Positions 59,730 through 64,000 of a stretch of 64,000 nucleotides of DNA are shown one piece after another. This DNA is from Candidatus Calditenuaceae archaeon HR02 (GTDB lineage: Archaea; Thermoproteota; Nitrososphaeria_A; Caldarchaeales; Calditenuaceae): contig BEHE01000008.1 of the NCBI GenBank assembly GCA_002898395.1, positions 1-64,000 on the forward strand. The letters run 5' to 3'. The notes beneath the pieces are model-generated. The model had not been told where the DNA came from. It saw nothing but the letters and a program-made list of their open reading frames with translations, and ran no database searches. Position numbers and translations under genes: made by a program. How positions within the stretch are numbered: the stretch's first letter is position 1; each line of letters opens with the position of its first letter.

Positions 59730-61328
59730 TCAGCCAAACATTAACTTATCCATGGTTGACATGATAATTCCTCTCTTTTCGTCAGGAAGCCTCGCCACAC
59801 ATTCTATCATACTCTTTCTAACTATAGCTCGAAGGTTGCTTGGCAGTGTTTCCAGACCATCCATCATGTATTTCACATGTTCCAGCCTCTGCCGGCCTGG
59901 ACAAGTCGCCAAAAAGTCGAGCCTCTTATACATGACTACTAGTCTCTTTTCTTCCGATAGTGCAGCAAGCATGCCGGGCATTATCCTAAGTAAAGCTCTG
60001 AACTCGTTTCTTAGTGCTAGAGGTCTCACTACCAGCATCAGGATGGCTCCTAAAACAAAGAGAAAAATTCCTATGGAAAAATCTAGAGGATTGTTGGCAT
60101 AGTTCAGGCTGTTTGTGAATACATGGATTTTTGTTCTAAAGGCAAATGCAAAGCTATAGATCAGAAGTACCACCCCCACCCAAAGAAGCAATTGCTTAAG
60201 GAATAGCTGTCGTCTTGTTTCTAAGCCTTCCAATAATCGTGACTTATACATCATCCTCACTGGAACCAAGATGATGAAAGATATGACAACCGGAATTATG
60301 GCTGGCCAGTCTTCAGAACTTGGCACTAGAACGGTGAATGGTACTACCGCCCGAAAGGCATTAAGAAATCCATAGAGAAGGATCAATAGACCGAAGAACA
60401 GTAAGGATTCTTTGGCAAAATTTATTTTGTTTTTGAGTACTCCGCTGTTTCCAAGCAACCTCTCTCTTCTCAAAATCATTTTGAATATTCCTCTTATGGG
60501 AATGAGAAACATTATTCCCCAGAAGGCCAGAATAAACCCCCACCAATTCCATCGTGGCAGAGTAGGATCGATGTGAAGCATCAGGATAAGCCCCATTCCG
60601 GTGAGCAAAACACCCTTGACAAGATTTACCCCACCAGGCAAAATCAGGTCAGGTCTGAAGGCAAACATTTCCCCCAATTCCAAGCCACTAACATACTGAC
60701 CATGTGTCTTGCTGGATCCAAGCCATGCGGCAGAAGCCCAGAATCCAATTAGTAATCCGATAAGGACGAACGCAGGCAAGCTTAATTTTGTAGTTGCCGT
60801 TAAAAAGAATTGCTCCATGGAGAGCTTGCCAGATTCCTCCAACTGGTGTAGTTCATGCAATAAAGGTATAGCAACTGTTAATCCAAAGGTAGCAATGGCG
60901 ATGAACAATGGCATGAAAATTACCCCAGCAATAAACAAAACCGGTTTGTACTTGAAGTAATGCTGAAGCTCGGTAATCGGATAGAGCATTATGCTCATAA
61001 CCGCAGCAACTAGGCCGATTCCAATGATGGCTTCTGGCAAAAATAGTGGAACCTTTCTTTGTGTAAGGGAAACCGACATGATAAGATATAGAATCCCCAA
61101 AAAAGGCAATGAGAGAAAGTGCAGGATCGGGATAGATTTTCTAACTTTTCCAACGTAAGCTGTGAATGTAAATGTTACGGGAAGAGAATACGCAACCAAA
61201 AGGCCCTCTAAAAATTTTTCATTACTAAATAGGTTTCCCATCAGCCAGTACCATGACAAGAATGTAAAAAGGAATAGCAAAAAGAGTGGAACAACGCCCA
61301 CTATGAAAGGAATACTTCTCATACTCAT
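59730..61328 (-). CDS. Polytopic membrane protein with four C-terminal 19-aa Met-rich helical repeats
   Basis: About 12 TM segments; C-terminus LAALSEEKRLVVMYKRLDF / LATCPGRQRLEHVKYMMDG / LETLPSNLRAIVRKSMIEC / VARLPDEKRGIIMSTMDKL. Confidence 0.8.
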   Translation of the reverse strand: MSMRSIPFIVGVVPLFLLFLFTFLSWYWLMGNLFSNEKFLEGLLVAYSLPVTFTFTAYVGKVRKSIPILHFLSLPFLGILYLIMSVSLTQRKVPLFLPEAIIGIGLVAAVMSIMLYPITELQHYFKYKPVLFIAGVIFMPLFIAIATFGLTVAIPLLHELHQLEESGKLSMEQFFLTATTKLSLPAFVLIGLLIGFWASAAWLGSSKTHGQYVSGLELGEMFAFRPDLILPGGVNLVKGVLLTGMGLILMLHIDPTLPRWNWWGFILAFWGIMFLIPIRGIFKMILRRERLLGNSGVLKNKINFAKESLLFFGLLILLYGFLNAFRAVVPFTVLVPSSEDWPAIIPVVISFIILVPVRMMYKSRLLEGLETRRQLFLKQLLLWVGVVLLIYSFAFAFRTKIHVFTNSLNYANNPLDFSIGIFLFVLGAILMLVVRPLALRNEFRALLRIMPGMLAALSEEKRLVVMYKRLDFLATCPGRQRLEHVKYMMDGLETLPSNLRAIVRKSMIECVARLPDEKRGIIMSTMDKLMFG

Positions 61329-61335
61329 ATGAGCT

Positions 61336-61728
61336 TTACATCTTTATCCCTAGCTCCCTCATCATCTTAAGCATCATTTCGCGACTTTCTGCGGGCAGTC
61401 CCATTAGAATAGCTTTTACTACCCGCATCTCTTTTAACTGTTTTTCAGAAGACAATTCCTGAAGCGCTGCAATATGTGTTTTCATCAACTTTACCTGGTC
61501 TGACTCTGGAAATCCCATTAGGACCTGAAGACGCGTTCTTGCCAGCTTCTCATATTTTTCTTCGGGCAAATCAAGTGCAACGTCAAGCATCATCTTCATC
61601 GCATCTTTTCTCTTGTCATCAGGCATCTCTGCAAAGCTTTTCAGCCGCGTTTCCATCATAGCTTTCCTTGTATCCTCGGAAACAGTAGCAAGGCTCTCAA
61701 CCATTTCTTTCACAGGATTGCTTGCCAT
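61336..61728 (-). CDS. Soluble protein made of six 19-aa Met-rich helical repeats
   Basis: LATVSEDTRKAMMETRLKS / FAEMPDDKRKDAMKMMLDV / ALDLPEEKYEKLARTRLQV / LMGFPESDQVKLMKTHIAA / LQELSSEKQLKEMRVVKAI / LMGLPAESREMMLKMMREL; 17 Met in 130 aa. Confidence 0.82.
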   Translation of the reverse strand: MASNPVKEMVESLATVSEDTRKAMMETRLKSFAEMPDDKRKDAMKMMLDVALDLPEEKYEKLARTRLQVLMGFPESDQVKLMKTHIAALQELSSEKQLKEMRVVKAILMGLPAESREMMLKMMRELGIKM

Positions 61729-61759
61729 ATTCCATCAATGATAACTATCCATTATGTAG

Positions 61760-61797
61760 TATTTAAGCCACCTAGTTTATACCGTTATAGTGGCTAT
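61760..61797 (-). promoter_or_regulatory. TATA box plus upstream palindrome ATAG-TGG-CTAT
   Basis: On the + strand, TATTTAAG at 61760-61767 and ATAGTGGCTAT at 61787-61797. Confidence 0.65.
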
Positions 61798-61841
61798 GCT
61801 ATTCCATAGTAAGCATTGTATCAAGCCGGTTCACTCTCGCT

Positions 61842-62036
61842 TCATCTTCTTCTTTTCGAACTTGAGAACATCACAGCAGCTCTGACCTCTTCTTTTTGCG
61901 AATCTTTTTTCAAAAGACGGAATATCTTGATATCTACAGCAAGTCCTGCTCCAGCCCCTGCAATACCAAGAATGTATGGTACTCCAAAATAGCCGCCGAT
62001 TATAAATCCAGCGAACAGGCCGATACAGCAGAACAA
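61842..62036 (-). CDS. Small two-TM membrane protein with N-terminal vicinal cysteines
   Basis: MFCCIGLFAGFIIGGYFG...GAGAGLAVD followed by a basic tail; own TATA box about 25 nt upstream. Confidence 0.6.
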   Translation of the reverse strand: MFCCIGLFAGFIIGGYFGVPYILGIAGAGAGLAVDIKIFRLLKKDSQKEEVRAAVMFSSSKRRR

Positions 62037-62060
62037 CTCATGATAAAAAACGGAAGGAAA

Positions 62061-62098
62061 TATTTAAGCACTAAAGTATAAAAATGCATAGCCAATAT
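62061..62098 (-). promoter_or_regulatory. TATA box plus upstream near-palindrome ATAG-CCA-ATAT
   Basis: On the + strand, TATTTAAG at 62061-62068 and ATAGCCAATAT at 62088-62098. Confidence 0.55.
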
Positions 62099-62171
62099 CG
62101 TTGAGAAAAGTTAGAAAACTCATTCGACGAATGAAAAATTAGGGGAACTGATTAGGGTAGGGTGTTCCCCT

Positions 62172-62561
62172 CTATTTTTTATCCTTTTCTATCAATGTAC
62201 AGGAGCAATGGGCGACGACCGTCCCTTTCTGTTTCAGCGCCCACTGAAGGATTGGAATTATAGCTGCCCTGAGCCCCTCCCCCTCTTTAGTGAGCGTATA
62301 TTCAACTCTTGGAGGGATTTCGTTGAATGTCTCTCTTTTTACCAGGTTGTGTTTCGCCAGGTCTTTTAGTGTGTCTGCAAGTATCTTTGGACTGATTCCC
62401 TGTAGCTCCTTCATCAATTCGTTGTAGCGTATCCTCCCGTGGTTGCCTATTTCATTCACTACCAGGAGAGTCCATTTTTTGCCGATTAGGTCGATCACAC
62501 CTTCTAGTGGGCAAAGGCATATAACACGGCTATCAGCTTTGCTACTTTTCTTGGTCGCCAC
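62172..62561 (-). CDS. HxlR/DUF24-family winged-helix regulator, Cys-rich
   Basis: ICLCPLEGVIDLIGKKW, RYNEL, GISPKILADTLKDL, PPRVEYTLT and C-terminal HCSC. Confidence 0.92.
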   Translation of the reverse strand: MATKKSSKADSRVICLCPLEGVIDLIGKKWTLLVVNEIGNHGRIRYNELMKELQGISPKILADTLKDLAKHNLVKRETFNEIPPRVEYTLTKEGEGLRAAIIPILQWALKQKGTVVAHCSCTLIEKDKK

Positions 62562-62669
62562 AATGTTCGTACAAACCAGATAGCATAAATACTTTATTGT
62601 GAGATTTGGTAACCGTCGTTTCTTTACTTATCTCACAAATTATTCTCAGCGTAGCTCAATTCTGGACAG

Positions 62670-63190
62670 GACACGGGTCTAAGAGTAATTAGATATGAAG
62701 ATCGTACTGTTACGAGAGACCAAAAGGGTGGATAATTGGGCGTGAGTGATGTAGCTGTAGCTAAGATATCCGGAAAATTGTGCAAGATGCTGGCAGGTCA
62801 GGGACATTTTTGATGTATGGGACAGCAGGAACCCGTGAAGGAGTTCTACGCGTTTGGCAAAATGCTCAGGCAAATACTGAGGAGCACCATAAGGTCAGAC
62901 AAGAATTATCGTAAAGTGGAAGACAGGCTAAGTTAAGGTTTGGAAATGAGTATCAAAGTTCTGATATCGTTACACTACCACTAAGGGGACTGTCTCCAGC
63001 AGGCGGCTGAAGATAGAGAAGAGAGGCTTTTTATGTTCCTTGAAAAAGAAAGGGTGCGATAGGGCAACAAAGTAGGTGAAAAATCTTCCAACTGTGTGTC
63101 GTTGGGGGCAAGGGGTCTGCGGTGCGACAGATGCAGACTACGCGGACCGATTCTCTATGACCATGCGCTGGAGTATCTAGCAATCCTTTT
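62670..63190 (+). pseudogene. Highly decayed IS66-like transposase remnant
   Basis: ERLFMFLEKERVR*GNKVGEK (63021-63083) has the spacing of IS66 LFxFLxxxxVxxxNNxxER; VSD...RCW traces near 62742-62795; boundaries approximate. Confidence 0.4.
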
Positions 63191-63290
63191 AAAAAGATAA
63201 ACAATTAATTTTCATAAAATATTTCAAGCCCCTCTTCAAGTCTGGGATATTCTACAGTTTATTCTTTCGCCATATTCATCATGATAAACC

Positions 63291-64000
63291 TCACCAGTAA
63301 AGAAGCCAAGGAAAGAATCGTTCAACTATTAGGTAGCCAGGACTCGCAGAGGAGGCTGCCGCTGGCATGAAATACAAGGCACATATTGCCAATGGAACTA
63401 TCATTGCAATATGTGCCATGAACGGAAAAATGAAAAACCGAGGATAGTTGAATCGTATAGCGGGCATCATAGTTGGCATTACAGCCATCATAACAGCAAA
63501 GACAAAAATGCCCCATAGTATCGCCAGAGTCCACGAACCTCGCCCAAAGAGCATCGTATACGCAATTCCATATGTTGCGCCGTTGATGAAATGCCACAGA
63601 TATCCCAGAAACAATATCCGAGCAGCAGAAATTTTCTCTTCCTTTAAAGTCATAGAGAAAGCAGCGGGGAAAAGCCTGAAAAAATCTTGGACGCTAATTT
63701 TAGGCATTTTCTTATGACCGCCGGGTGTGGCCATCCTCAGCTTTGCAGGTATGACTCCACGGTTTTCACGTATGTTTTCAGATGATGCAGAAAATACGAG
63801 TTCGTCCATGGTTCTCATTAATACAGATCTCTTTTCCGCAGGTAGAGTGGATAGAGCTTCGATTTGAGACTTTACAAAGACTTCTCTCTTATCATCAGGT
63901 AGCATTTCTATTCCTCTCATCATTGCTAGCATCATCATCTTTCTCGCATCGTCTGGCAGGTTGCTTAACCATTGAACTCTTTCGGCGATCATGCGATTTC
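63291..64000 (-). CDS. Membrane protein (5'-truncated by window edge) with 19-aa Met-rich repeats and a two-His TM domain (DUF1440/DUF6789-like)
   Basis: LSNLPDDARKMMMLAMMRG / IEMLPDDKREVFVKSQIEA / LSTLPAEKRSVLMRTMDEL, then GYLWHFINGATYGIAY...FMAHIAM; frame open to position 64000. Confidence 0.78.
   Translation of the reverse strand, partial: NRMIAERVQWLSNLPDDARKMMMLAMMRGIEMLPDDKREVFVKSQIEALSTLPAEKRSVLMRTMDELVFSASSENIRENRGVIPAKLRMATPGGHKKMPKISVQDFFRLFPAAFSMTLKEEKISAARILFLGYLWHFINGATYGIAYTMLFGRGSWTLAILWGIFVFAVMMAVMPTMMPAIRFNYPRFFIFPFMAHIAMIVPLAICALYFMPAAASSASPGYLIVERFFPWLLYW

Noticed and set aside
61336-61728. Assignment of the repeat protein as MgtE N-domain, FliG or HEAT repeat
   Set aside because: The strict 19-aa period and Met enrichment do not fit what I recall of these families, and there is no CBS/MgtE context; left unassigned pending a profile search.

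Overview
Archaeal chromosomal window, most consistent with an Aigarchaeota/Caldiarchaeales-like TACK archaeon. This is inferred from the presence of TiaS, RadA, Pcc1, Nob1, EgsA, a geranylgeranyl reductase, CdvB/ESCRT-III, Cdc48, a presenilin homolog and CtaB. Most of the window is housekeeping and metabolic backbone: an intein-containing RtcB, polyamine genes, sugar ABC components and tRNA-Arg(CCG). Two accessory regions stand out. (1) About 12.1-21.1 kb, just downstream of tRNA-Arg, is an AT-rich cluster with a processive GT2 glycosyltransferase, a stand-alone copy of that enzyme's C-terminal domain, a B12-binding radical SAM enzyme, a GT-C (GT87-like) transferase, a DoxX-like protein and an ArsR module. 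(2) About 56-64 kb is a mosaic thiol/heavy-metal island. It holds a CoA-disulfide reductase-like enzyme, MerA, an unannotated 39-aa MCECCC peptide, a small vicinal-Cys membrane protein, a Cys-rich HxlR regulator and three different proteins sharing a 19-residue Met-rich helical repeat. Three promoters in this island carry the same ATAG-N3-CTAT palindrome at an identical distance from the TATA box, which suggests one co-regulated and possibly undescribed metal/thiol-stress system. Decayed relics (an aIF5B fragment, a metallophosphoesterase and an IS66-like transposase) were also read by eye. All calls come from motif recognition; no database searches were run.
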